Below are positions 43,801 through 54,279 of a DNA stretch of 64,000 nucleotides, one piece after another. How positions within the stretch are numbered: position 1 is the first letter of the stretch; every line of letters starts with the position of its first letter. The position numbers and the translations under genes were made by a program. The notes under the pieces are model-generated. The model was not told the DNA's origin. It did not search any database and saw only the letters and a list, made by a program, of their open reading frames with translations. This DNA comes from Albugo candida. Its lineage: Eukaryota. The stretch covers positions 1 to 64,000 of the forward strand of contig JBDOQK010000070.1 of NCBI GenBank assembly GCA_040437565.1, given 5' to 3'.

Positions 43801-46127
43801 TGCTCTTCGACCCGTTGATCTTTCCCATTAACGAGACAGATGACGTTTAAAGGGTCTGACGGAGCAAGGTATAGTTTGGTGTTGTCTTATGCGGACGTGC
43901 TGGGCTATTGCCATAATTGAGGACCGCCCTTTAGTATGTATTTCATTCGACATATTTTCAGGCGATTATAACAGAACGCTTGTGGCATGACACAAAATCT
44001 TGGTGCGTCTGCACATTATCAGCTGTGAGTTTTGTCGGTAACAACGATGGCATTTTAAGTATGTCATGGCGTCGACGAGAATGATTCTACAATTCTTTGA
44101 TATCTCACTCCAAATTGCGACCTCTACGGCTCTGTGCAAGCTCATGTTCTAGCATGAAAGATACGCGCAAGTACATTTGTAGTAACGTGAAAGAATCTCT
44201 CAATCACAGCTACTCATGACATATCATTCCGTCCAATTGTATCCACGTGCAAGTTATGAAAGGCGAGCAAAATGAATTAGGATCCTTCATTAGACAATAA
44301 AATCATCAGCCTAACGCGGAAGCAAACAATGGAGAAGATCTAGAATTATCTTTAGCTTTTCAAAGCATTTTTGCCTCCAGCAGCCATGTCTGGCAATGGC
44401 ACCTCTTCAAGTGTGCTGTGCTCAGCGGGCTTCGTGTCACCATATCAAAACCTAAGAATCTTGTGATCCTCTGCTGAGCAGAAATGCAAGTCGAATTTGT
44501 TGTTTGGTGCACCTTCAGCCACTTCTTCGTATCCGGCAACTGGACTCGTTACTATGGCAATCGTGAATCTCATTGATTGTCAGGCAGAGTGAAGGGTGAA
44601 TAGCAGGTGACAATCAAACTACTCGGTTCCAATCTTTTAGGTCTTTCCGCTTTTCATGGAGTGTTGAGATGGATTATCCTCCTTGGGTGATATATGTTTC
44701 ACTGGTGGCCGTAGCCTGAAGTGACCATAGCGACATTTATGCGCCTAGCTGCTAAAATGTTGTCGTTGTTACCAATCGTCTATCTTCTCGTCAAGTCCAG
44801 GAAGAAGGGATCAGAGGAGCAACCGGGCGATCTCGCACTCTACCATCAAGGCCTTGGCAACCGTGTAGAGCGCATTCCTGTAGACTAAGACTTATTTTGT
44901 AGATGAAATATCTATTGCAAAAGTAAAAAAGTTCATATTTTTATCTGAAGTTACGCTGTGACTCCAAAACGAAGCCAAAATCCTTGTCATCACGTTGGAA
45001 ATAATGCTAGAGATTGTAGTGCGGCAATTATATAGTCGGAAGATAGAAATGTAAAAATGACGAGGAAGATGTACACACCATTTTCGTTGATGAGCTACAG
45101 GCAACCATTAATTATCTTCCCCGTCTTAAGGACCCAAATATATGAAAGAGAAGCAACTGCACGGGTGAAAAATGGAGCTATCGCCGAAGTGGTATTTAGG
45201 CTACATAGAGAGGCGATATAGCGGAGCCGAAGATACCGGGATCGCGATCAGGAGGGACACAACGTTAGCATACGCTACATATATATCTTTGCCTTCTTGC
45301 CCAAAACTGGTTCCCATTCACGAAAAAAAGCCCGTATTCTGATAGTGTTTCTAGTGTTGATGTAGGATAAGGCCAAACAAATCCTTAGTCGTGACGAGAT
45401 ACAAATTCTCGTCCGCCAAGAAGGGAACATGCCGATAATCTATCGTAGTCATCTGTAGTCTTGATAGGCAAGCAGACTCGAATACTGTTCACGCTGCCCT
45501 ATATATGGGACAATTATATTTTCATGTAGCATCGAAAAGCATATTCTATTTCCGCTTGTAAGACCTACACGCATGTCTCTGCAATGAACCAAATATCATC
45601 CAGGGAAATCAACCAGTGCAACGTATCGCGGTATCTTTCGACAGAGACGTGCTTCGCAATCTGCGTAGACTCAAGTTTTTTCTATACGTATACCGAATCC
45701 AGGAGTATTTCTCAGCAGGGTAGAGTATCTACTACTGAACGGTATCCAGGGTGGTGCTTTGTGATGGGATTTGCTGACAATATATGATAGCTAGCAGATC
45801 ATTTTAGGTAGCATCACGAAAACGGAGAATGATAGAGAAGGATAACAGCCGAATCCGAGTGCGGCACCGTCCAACTGCGGACAACTGCTTGTAATACGGA
45901 AGATATATGGATGAAGATATAGTATCCTTTATGTGATCGTTTCTCGAAACATATTTGACAATGTATCGATTATTGACCAATCATTCTATTATGCAAACAC
46001 CTTAATGCACCCGAACATTATCTCTTCTTGTGGTCTACATCAATGCCGCATTCCCCGTTCTTCTTCTCATTTCGCAGCAATCATGTCGACTTCCATCCCA
46101 TATCACTATATCTATCTCTCCTTCATC

Positions 46128-49100
46128 CTAATCCACCACAATGCACGCATTCTCCGATCCAATTGTATGTTGCCTATCCGTTCCACTCACTCTCTCATTC
46201 TTCGCATTGTCACTGACATCTTTACTCGCGACCTTACTTTCAGTCGAGACATTCTCTCCAACAATCTTGACACCCTCTTTCTCTTTCGCAGCTGTAAGTT
46301 TCAACTTTTGACCTTGTTCTTCTGCAATCTTCTCACGTAGCCATTCATCCGTATGAAATTCGACATCGCGCGGTAGTTTGGTCAATTTGAGCCATTTCAG
46401 CGTTTCTGCGAGGTTCATGCCGCTTATGATATCGCTAAGTTGCGAATTGATTTCGATCGCAATAGTGGCGCCACATGCTTCGGCTTGTCTCTTGAGCTCT
46501 TGACATCCACGAACTCCACGTCGTAGAATCAGTAAATGTCTTTCTGAAAGCTTCGCATTGCTATTTCCAGACGTTCCAGGAGGTACGGAGCTTCGCTTTG
46601 GCTGAGGCGGTAAAGTAGGTGCTTGCGAGTTGGTTTGCATCGATCTGGCGCCAAGAGCTGTTTGGACTTGACGCATTTGTTGTTGCAAGTAGAGACGATA
46701 TAAATGAGGTGGAAGCATTCGAGCTTGCTGAGAAGTGATCGATTCCGCTGAGCCGTGCATTTGACCAGCTTGCATCGGGTAGGCGAGATTCAATTGACCT
46801 GCAAACATTGACGCGTTTCCATACATCAATTGTTGTGTCGCAGCTACCGGATTGATTGCTGTGGAGGTGGAAATGGAGCGATTGCAATAGGTGCAGTCGA
46901 TCACACGCGGTGTCTTCACTTTGGTGATATCCTCTGGGTATAATTCGGTCATTGTGTTGCAGTGTCCACATCGAGCAAGTTTGATATTTTGTGTTGATAT
47001 ATGTGCTGTCGATTTTTCTCCGGGTCCTTTACCGATGAAAGAACGTTTGTATCGACGAACAGCTTTGTTATATTTGTGGGTTTCCATGATTTCTTCTTGC
47101 TCTTTGGGACTGCATTGCTGATCCAAATCTTCTTCAAACATCGTTTCCTGCTCAAACCAGTCCACGATCCAGTCGGCGACGGGTTCCTCGCGTCCATCTT
47201 CGTCTTCGTCTGCTTCTCCTTGATACGCTTCCAGCACGGAAAGTATAAGCGACATTTTACGCAACACCCGATCCAGAACGATATCTTCTTGTGGTGCCAT
47301 CAGCATCTTGTCGAGTTTCGTCAAACCTTGACCTGCTGCTGTGACATGAACGCCTTTGGCTTTGACTTCTTCCTCTTCGGCGGAGGAAGCAATAACCGTT
47401 GCAACTTGACCTTCTTCCGCGGCCAAAGCTTCTTCGAAATGATCAAGATCGAAATATTTCTGTAAGTCGCCTTGTTTGAATTTGCGTTCCAGCGCTTTGT
47501 CATCGACAATTTGCTTTGCAACTCCTTCTTTTCGTATTTGCAAATCGTACACTTTCTTCTCCATTGTGGCTCCAGCAACGAATCGGTACACAAAGACCGG
47601 TTTCGTTTGGCCAAAGCGATACGATCGACACATTGACTGAGCATCATTACACGGATTCCAACATACATCGAAAATCACAATACGATTGCCTCCACATAGA
47701 TTAATACCTTCCCCGCCCGCTTTGGTAGAAATGAATATTACGTCCACATCTTCTTCTGGATCGTTGAACTGTTCAATTTGACGGAAACGATCTTGCTGTG
47801 AGGTACTCCCATCGATTCTGAGAGATGTAAAGGGTGCTTTGTCGTGTTTTCTTCGAGATCGACGCAGCCGATTGTTTCTTTGAGCAATAAACATCTCAAT
47901 CACGTTCAACGTCGCTATACTTTGAGAAAATACAATGACTCGATCCCCAATCTCTTGGCACGCTTCAAGCATTTCAAAAAGCACAACCATTTTGCCACTA
48001 AAATCTAGTTCGCCGTGCTCATAATCGTCAAAGACAGAAGCCGCAAAGCTTAGTCGATGTTTGCTTTCTCGAGAATGTCCATATGCATCGAATCCATTGC
48101 CATCATTCACTGGACTGACACTATCAGACGACACCATACGCCATCGATTCTTCTCTCGTGACTCACCCGTCTCGTATCCTAATAAGACGTCTTCCTCTTC
48201 CTCGATGTCAAGATCCAACGCATCATCGATTTCTTTCCGACGTCGACTTTTCGTAATACCGGTGAACGGAGCGTTCTCCAGCACTCGAAATGCTTCCTGT
48301 AACACATCCGGATGATTAGAAATAGCCAATGAAATGTGGTAGCCGCCAAGAATGTCGACTTTCGTTCCAGATCCAAGATCTTCCGAGTTTCGTTTCGGAA
48401 CACCACATTCCAAAAACCGACGATACAAGCGAGACTGGAGTTCACTCAGTTTGAATATGAGCACCCATTCTTTCTTCGGTGGCAGTTGAGTAAATAGATA
48501 CTGTTGATCTCGACGAAGTACCAAAGGCTTCAAATCTTGCGTCAGTAGAAACGCGCGCTGTCTAGCGAGCCGTACATCTGCCGCACTGGAATCCACACAC
48601 TGTCCATTTTGTATCGGTTGGACAAAACGCGTCTTGAACTCATCCAAGCTCCCAAGATAGTTGGGTCGTGCGAAATTGACCATAGTCCAATACTCCACAA
48701 GGTGGTTTTGCAACGGGTAACCCGTTAGTATCACTCTTCGTTTCGTTTTTACATTTGATAACGCTTGCACTAGTTTTGACTTTGGATCTCGAACTCGATG
48801 GCCTTCATCCAATACGATAAGATCAGGTCCTGGGTCACACAGATACTTCACCGAAGATTGAATCAATTTTTTCGACAGCGGATTCTTCTTACTCCGAATC
48901 GGTTCTTGACCAATTCCTTGCAAAATAAGTATTCGGAAGATCTCGTACCCCATAATAAGAATGCCTCCACGCTGATGCCATTTCCGAACTAAATCAATAC
49001 GATCTTCCATTTTCTTCTCACGACTCGATTCCAAAGTTGTCAATCCAATTCGACGCACTTCCTTACGTCCAAGCCAGCGAACTAATTCCGCTTCCCAATT

Positions 49101-50096
49101 CCGCACGCAAATTGTCGGTGCTAATATCAATGCGTGTCGATGCGCCACGCCACTATCACCTGGAAAGCCCAGCATGTTGTTATGCCTCTCATTTTTCCGC
49201 TTCACTCCATCATTTTCCTTTTTTGGAGTGCTTAGAAATGCTTGGATCACAGTGATCACTTGGAGTGTTTTTCCAAGGCCCATAAAGTCCGCAAGAATAC
49301 ATCCCGTTCCTTCCGGCTCAGTAGTGATATGACTCCACAAAAATCGAGCGCCTTTGACTTGGTGAGGTTTCAATCGACATGCTAGATCTTTGTGCACATA
49401 CACGGCTTTCTTTCCCGGTTCGCCATCTTCTTTCTCCTCGAGTGCTTCTGGGTTTAAACATAGGTTTTTAGAGGTTTCTGCCGTACTTTGTGTGTTTGTA
49501 TCGCATTTTAGTGGCGCTACGGTGTGATGGATGGGAGCGGATTTGGTATTTAGATCGTTGGAACATGCACTCGGTATTTCCACAATCTCATCCTCTAAAC
49601 AGGAGAAAGAATTAAGAATTTGATCGATATTTACATCGCGTTGCTGCTCTGAATGCTTATAATTGTGCGTTTGTTCTGATTCGCGTGCGTCTAAATCAAC
49701 AATTATACCGTCGCACATCGGTACTGTATCATCTTCGGTGACACAGACCTTTTGCTTCTTTGTTGCGTCCGACAACTCGTCTTCTATTTGCTTTCGCTTA
49801 TTAGGAGACATTTCTTGCTTTTTCGTCGGCATAAGAATCTCAAGTATACTATCATTCCCGTCAAGAACGTCATCGATTGGCTGAAATTCAATGAACGAAA
49901 CATCAGTGCATTGGTCACGTTCTTGCGATGTTTCTTTTTCTGTTTCAGCGAATTTCTCCAGTGCGTTTGTAACGGGTGTTGTCATAGCATCTGCTATAGG
50001 TTCTTCCAGATATACTATGTTTACGTTTTTTCCACTGTTCTCATCTTCTTCGCTATCTGAAAGATGAGGTGGCGTGAGAATGTTTGCTTCGGCCAT
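46128..50096 (-). CDS. SNF2-family helicase, ATRX/RAD54L2 subfamily
   Basis: LKPHQ..G, GCILADFMGLGKTLQ, PGPDLIVLDEGH, LTGYPLQN.L.EYW.MV.F.RP, SGKMVVL, FSQS, RIDGST, STKAGGEGINL, WNP and RSYRFGQTKPVFVYRF. Confidence 0.93.
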   Translation of the reverse strand: MAEANILTPPHLSDSEEDENSGKNVNIVYLEEPIADAMTTPVTNALEKFAETEKETSQERDQCTDVSFIEFQPIDDVLDGNDSILEILMPTKKQEMSPNKRKQIEDELSDATKKQKVCVTEDDTVPMCDGIIVDLDARESEQTHNYKHSEQQRDVNIDQILNSFSCLEDEIVEIPSACSNDLNTKSAPIHHTVAPLKCDTNTQSTAETSKNLCLNPEALEEKEDGEPGKKAVYVHKDLACRLKPHQVKGARFLWSHITTEPEGTGCILADFMGLGKTLQVITVIQAFLSTPKKENDGVKRKNERHNNMLGFPGDSGVAHRHALILAPTICVRNWEAELVRWLGRKEVRRIGLTTLESSREKKMEDRIDLVRKWHQRGGILIMGYEIFRILILQGIGQEPIRSKKNPLSKKLIQSSVKYLCDPGPDLIVLDEGHRVRDPKSKLVQALSNVKTKRRVILTGYPLQNHLVEYWTMVNFARPNYLGSLDEFKTRFVQPIQNGQCVDSSAADVRLARQRAFLLTQDLKPLVLRRDQQYLFTQLPPKKEWVLIFKLSELQSRLYRRFLECGVPKRNSEDLGSGTKVDILGGYHISLAISNHPDVLQEAFRVLENAPFTGITKSRRRKEIDDALDLDIEEEEDVLLGYETGESREKNRWRMVSSDSVSPVNDGNGFDAYGHSRESKHRLSFAASVFDDYEHGELDFSGKMVVLFEMLEACQEIGDRVIVFSQSIATLNVIEMFIAQRNNRLRRSRRKHDKAPFTSLRIDGSTSQQDRFRQIEQFNDPEEDVDVIFISTKAGGEGINLCGGNRIVIFDVCWNPCNDAQSMCRSYRFGQTKPVFVYRFVAGATMEKKVYDLQIRKEGVAKQIVDDKALERKFKQGDLQKYFDLDHFEEALAAEEGQVATVIASSAEEEEVKAKGVHVTAAGQGLTKLDKMLMAPQEDIVLDRVLRKMSLILSVLEAYQGEADEDEDGREEPVADWIVDWFEQETMFEEDLDQQCSPKEQEEIMETHKYNKAVRRYKRSFIGKGPGEKSTAHISTQNIKLARCGHCNTMTELYPEDITKVKTPRVIDCTYCNRSISTSTAINPVAATQQLMYGNASMFAGQLNLAYPMQAGQMHGSAESITSQQARMLPPHLYRLYLQQQMRQVQTALGARSMQTNSQAPTLPPQPKRSSVPPGTSGNSNAKLSERHLLILRRGVRGCQELKRQAEACGATIAIEINSQLSDIISGMNLAETLKWLKLTKLPRDVEFHTDEWLREKIAEEQGQKLKLTAAKEKEGVKIVGENVSTESKVASKDVSDNAKNERVSGTDRQHTIGSENACIVVD

Positions 50097-50553
50097 TCTC
50101 GATTAATTTTATTATCTTGTTTCCGCCACACTGAGGGAAATCATGCTTGTAAATAGAAAATGACGGTAGTGGGATGGTCCTTGATTGCGACCCTTTCTTT
50201 TTATATTACCTACAAGAATGAAAGAATATGTGATTTCGATGTTATCGTGTAGAGACCTATCGCAAATGTTGACACAATACAAGGCAATGTCAGCAAATGT
50301 TGCAGGTTTGTAAGGCACTTTTCGCACCCAATTATTGGCTACAGAGCCGGAACAGCACTAAGCCCTACTGACACGAAACACAAACCTGTTTGAATTGATA
50401 CGATCCCATTCAATAATTGCGGACCGCCCGCTTACTCGTTATATTTGATCCGTGTAAGCACAAATCACACAAACCTCTATGCATTGATAGAATGACGTCC
50501 GGCTTTGAACCTTGTTCCCATTTTCGTATTGAACCTGAAAGCGGAACTTCGCA

Positions 50554-51305
50554 ATGTCTGGTTCCAAGCTGGCGCTCTCCTTCATTCTGAATTCAAAGCA
50601 AATCGCATCCCCAACTCGTTCCAGGCATACTCCCTGTGCGACTTCCATATCACCTCGAGCTCAAGCGGATAAATGCGTCAATTCAAACGGATTGACGGAT
50701 CTTAGTGAGGTTGTTGCCTTGGCTACATATAAGCGTACTTTTTCGATCTCGAAAACCTGCAAAATGGACGATATCTCGCGCTGCTGCCGCGTGACAGGAT
50801 GCGGAAATCAGATCGTTTCACGTGGTCTATGCGTCAAACACGGGGTGAGAATGATTGTACACTTGGATAGAGAAACAATACCGAAACGATCTGTGTATAG
50901 GGAGGAACACGCTGCACGTTTCCAGAGTGCACGAAACGTGCCAAGCTCAACAAAAGATGCTTCCAACACGGTGCGTTGCTATCGTTCCTACATAAAAGTT
51001 GAATCTGTGACAAGTATAACTTGTATCACATAGGTGGATGTCGCTCTTGCAAGGTCGATGGATGCAAAAGCAAAGCAAAGCGACATGGATGTTGCTGGTC
51101 GCATGGTGGTGGAATGATTTGTCAAGTACAAGAGTGTAACAAGATCTCTACACAAGGAGGGTTGTGTTGGGCACATGGAGGTGGGAGTCGATGTCGCGCA
51201 AAGGATTGCCGTAGACGATCATATCAAAAGCTGCATTATTACTGCACATTACATGCGGATGCAATTGCAATTTCTGACGAAGATGGAGGAGCATTCATTG
51301 GATAA
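50554..51305 (+). CDS. Cys/His zinc-repeat protein (C-x4-C...C-x2-HGG repeats, often annotated WRKY19-like in oomycetes), 3 exons
   Basis: Introns 50845-50900 and 50971-51033 join five C...GC......G.C..HGG-type repeats in frame. Confidence 0.8.
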
Positions 51306-51799
51306 AAGTAGCAAATATAGTGGTTGAATATATAATAGTATCTGTACAGTTTTTACCCAGTCAGATTGTGCCGGAGACTACTCAGATTCTATGTACAGTA
51401 CACCATAATGCTAGAAATGAAAGACTCGGCTTTATTTATGTGCTATCTTGTAGTGATACCTGTGTAAGTGAATAATATGTCATTCATTCTCATAGTCGGT
51501 ATTCTGCACGTAAAGCTGGACGCCTCAGAAGCGTAGCAATATAAAACGAGTGACTCAACGCTGACTCAAACATAGCAATGGTATAGGCTATGCATCTGAC
51601 ATTGGACGCATTTGAATTGTCACTGATTTGAATGTGCATACCTCTAAAAGTAGATAATAAGGTGAAGAGCCACGTAGAAACCAAACTTTGTAGGCTACAT
51701 TTAGTGTTGACGGAAAAAATTTACCGGCACAGCACATTTTGCTTAGATACCGTAATTTTCAATCAATAAAACAGCTGCAATGCGCTTAAAATAAGCATA

Positions 51800-53221
51800 A
51801 TGAGTTTTTGTCATTCTTTTGATAAAAACTCTCCACCTTCCTCATGCAACATCGAGGTGATCAAGCTTTCTGAGCAAAAGGAATCATGTGCTACGGGTCC
51901 TATTGATGCGCAATCTCATTCTTCCGAAGAGAAGTCGATGCCCGCTTCGTCTGTTTGCTCACTTTATACCATGAAAAATCTATTTTCGCGGCCTCGAGAG
52001 GACATTAGCGAAGATGAGAAAATCTCCTCGGGCAAAGTATCCAATCAAAGAACTAATGAGAATAATGAAAGCGATGAAAGTAACACTCATCCGACGAACT
52101 ATGTGAATCTGCAACATCGACTGATTGGGTTGCAAGCTCGCTACAAAAAAGCTCAGATCAAGGCAAACCGCACGATCGCTTCATTGCAGTCGCAGGTTTC
52201 TGCAAAGGCGGCGCTTAACAATTCGTTAGAAGAACGAAACAATTGCCTTAGGAAACAGGTAGCCAGCAAAACGAATGATTTACAGCGAACAATGACGCAA
52301 CTCACTAAATCTCGTACTGAAATTGAGATAATGATGACCAAATTGACATATAACGAGCATCGATTAGAGATCGTAAGTCAAGAACGGGAAAAAATACAAA
52401 CAAAATATCAGCAGATGCAAATGGAATCATTGCAATACAAGGCAAAGAATCAAGTCATACAAGCGCATGAAAACGATAGTTTTTCAAAATTAGAAGCCAC
52501 AGAAAAAGAATTGGTAGAAACAAGACTTCAGCTGAATCGAATTCATTCGCGGTTTAAGCTTGGGGAGGCTAAATTACATCAAGTTAACCAGGAGCTTCAC
52601 CAATGTAAAGCAATGAATTGCGCAACAATCCATGTTTGGAAGAATAGATTACAAGTAGCTCGAGAGGCTGCGTGCCAAAGCTCAAAAAAGGCTTTGCATC
52701 AAGAACGAAAAAATTCTCTTCTCGCTAATGAGAGACATAAGGAAGAGTATGCTCGTGTGTGTACGCGTCTATCGAAACTGGAGAACACATTACAACGAAA
52801 GGATGAGGTCATTTTGATGCTAGAATCTCGCTGTGAGACCGATACATTAGAACGACTTCGACTTTCAGAATCTGTCGAAAGGCTCGCTAATGCCGAGAAG
52901 TTGTGGATCAAGCAAATCGAAATAGTAGAAGTAGAGCTATGGCGTGAGAAAAAAGCTAAGAATAATAGAAGCGCCCGTACACATCACAGTACACAAACGG
53001 ATACGGGCACTTGCGGATCGTGTTGTGATGAGAAAGTACATGTGATTGACCAAGGTACCACTTTTCATACACAGCAGTTGATCAGTCAGCTGAACGAGCT
53101 GGAAGAAGATAACGTCCGATTAAGAAGTCTGCATACCATTGAGATACAGGCACAACAAAAAGCGTACGATGAGGTTTTCGGAGCATATCGAAGAAAGACA
53201 GAATCAGAAATACAATCCTAA
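51800..53221 (+). CDS. Hypothetical long coiled-coil protein
   Basis: 473-aa ORF with extended E/K/Q/L heptads. No family recognised. Confidence 0.75.
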   Translation: MSFCHSFDKNSPPSSCNIEVIKLSEQKESCATGPIDAQSHSSEEKSMPASSVCSLYTMKNLFSRPREDISEDEKISSGKVSNQRTNENNESDESNTHPTNYVNLQHRLIGLQARYKKAQIKANRTIASLQSQVSAKAALNNSLEERNNCLRKQVASKTNDLQRTMTQLTKSRTEIEIMMTKLTYNEHRLEIVSQEREKIQTKYQQMQMESLQYKAKNQVIQAHENDSFSKLEATEKELVETRLQLNRIHSRFKLGEAKLHQVNQELHQCKAMNCATIHVWKNRLQVAREAACQSSKKALHQERKNSLLANERHKEEYARVCTRLSKLENTLQRKDEVILMLESRCETDTLERLRLSESVERLANAEKLWIKQIEIVEVELWREKKAKNNRSARTHHSTQTDTGTCGSCCDEKVHVIDQGTTFHTQQLISQLNELEEDNVRLRSLHTIEIQAQQKAYDEVFGAYRRKTESEIQS

Positions 53222-53976
53222 TACGAATAGACATATGTTTCTTCCAGCCTCATTCGAAACCTCAGGTCTTTGCTTACAACGATACAGTTACTGATAGGAC
53301 AAAAAACAGTATTAGGTGACAGTAATGGACAAATCAGAGGAACGTTATAATTACCCCACCTGTGCCATTGAGTTGATGTGCCGTAAACGATATCGATATC
53401 CCCAGAGTGGAAGGAATAGTCCTGATATTGGGCTTGTTATAGGGGACGTTTGATTTGGAAGCCATTAGAGCTCAAGCACTTACACTAATAGGGTAGTACA
53501 TGTATGGATCTCACTTACAAATAAAGAGGGAAATTGATGCTGTATACAGACACTTNNNNNNNNNNNNNNNNNNNNNNNNNNNNNNNNNNNNNNNNNNNNN
53601 NNNNNNNNNNNNNNNNNNNNNNNNNNNNNNNNNNNNNNNNNNNNNNNNNNNNNNNGATATCGATATCCCCAGAGTGGAAGGAATAGTCCTGATATTGGGC
53701 TTGTTATAGGGGACGTTTGATTTGGAAGCCATTAGAGCTCAAGCACTTACACTAATAGGGTAGTACATGTATGGATCTCACTTACAAATAAAGAGGGAAA
53801 TTGATGCTGTATACAGACACTTAGTATGGAATGTGAGCGAGTGGATTTCTCGTTTCTGTAATCGTGGATACTTCTTCTTTACATTTATATCAGTTGGCTG
53901 CACGTGTTCCATGGAAAGTTTCCGGTAAAATAAATACATTTTGATAAATTGGCATATGGTTTACTAACGGTATTTG

Positions 53977-54017
53977 TTTCTTGAGACTATGTTGAGCATC
54001 AACATAGTCTCAAGAAA
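53977..54017. repeat. Perfect 19-bp inverted repeat with 3-nt loop
   Basis: TTTCTTGAGACTATGTTGA-GCA-TCAACATAGTCTCAAGAAA. Confidence 0.95.
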
Positions 54018-54213
54018 TGTCAAACGGAAAGTAAGGTGAGTACGAAGCGCATGTGCTCTTAAAGATATGCTTTGCAGAGATGTATCACTACTACCACAAA
54101 TACGTGGCACGCCTTACAATGGAAATGCCGTTGGTACGACTTCTCACTCCCGAAGACTTTTTACAGATAAAAGGCAGTGGATTACTGTCATCTGGATAAA
54201 AGACAAGCCCCAT

Positions 54214-54237
54214 AAACCTTAAACTCTAAACCCTAAA
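54214..54237 (+). repeat. Degenerate telomere-like heptamer tract
   Basis: AAACCTT-AAACTCT-AAACCCT-AAA. Confidence 0.55.
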
Positions 54238-54279
54238 TCAAACGTTTGGCGACTTCAAGTCAAATGGCAAACAAAGTTA

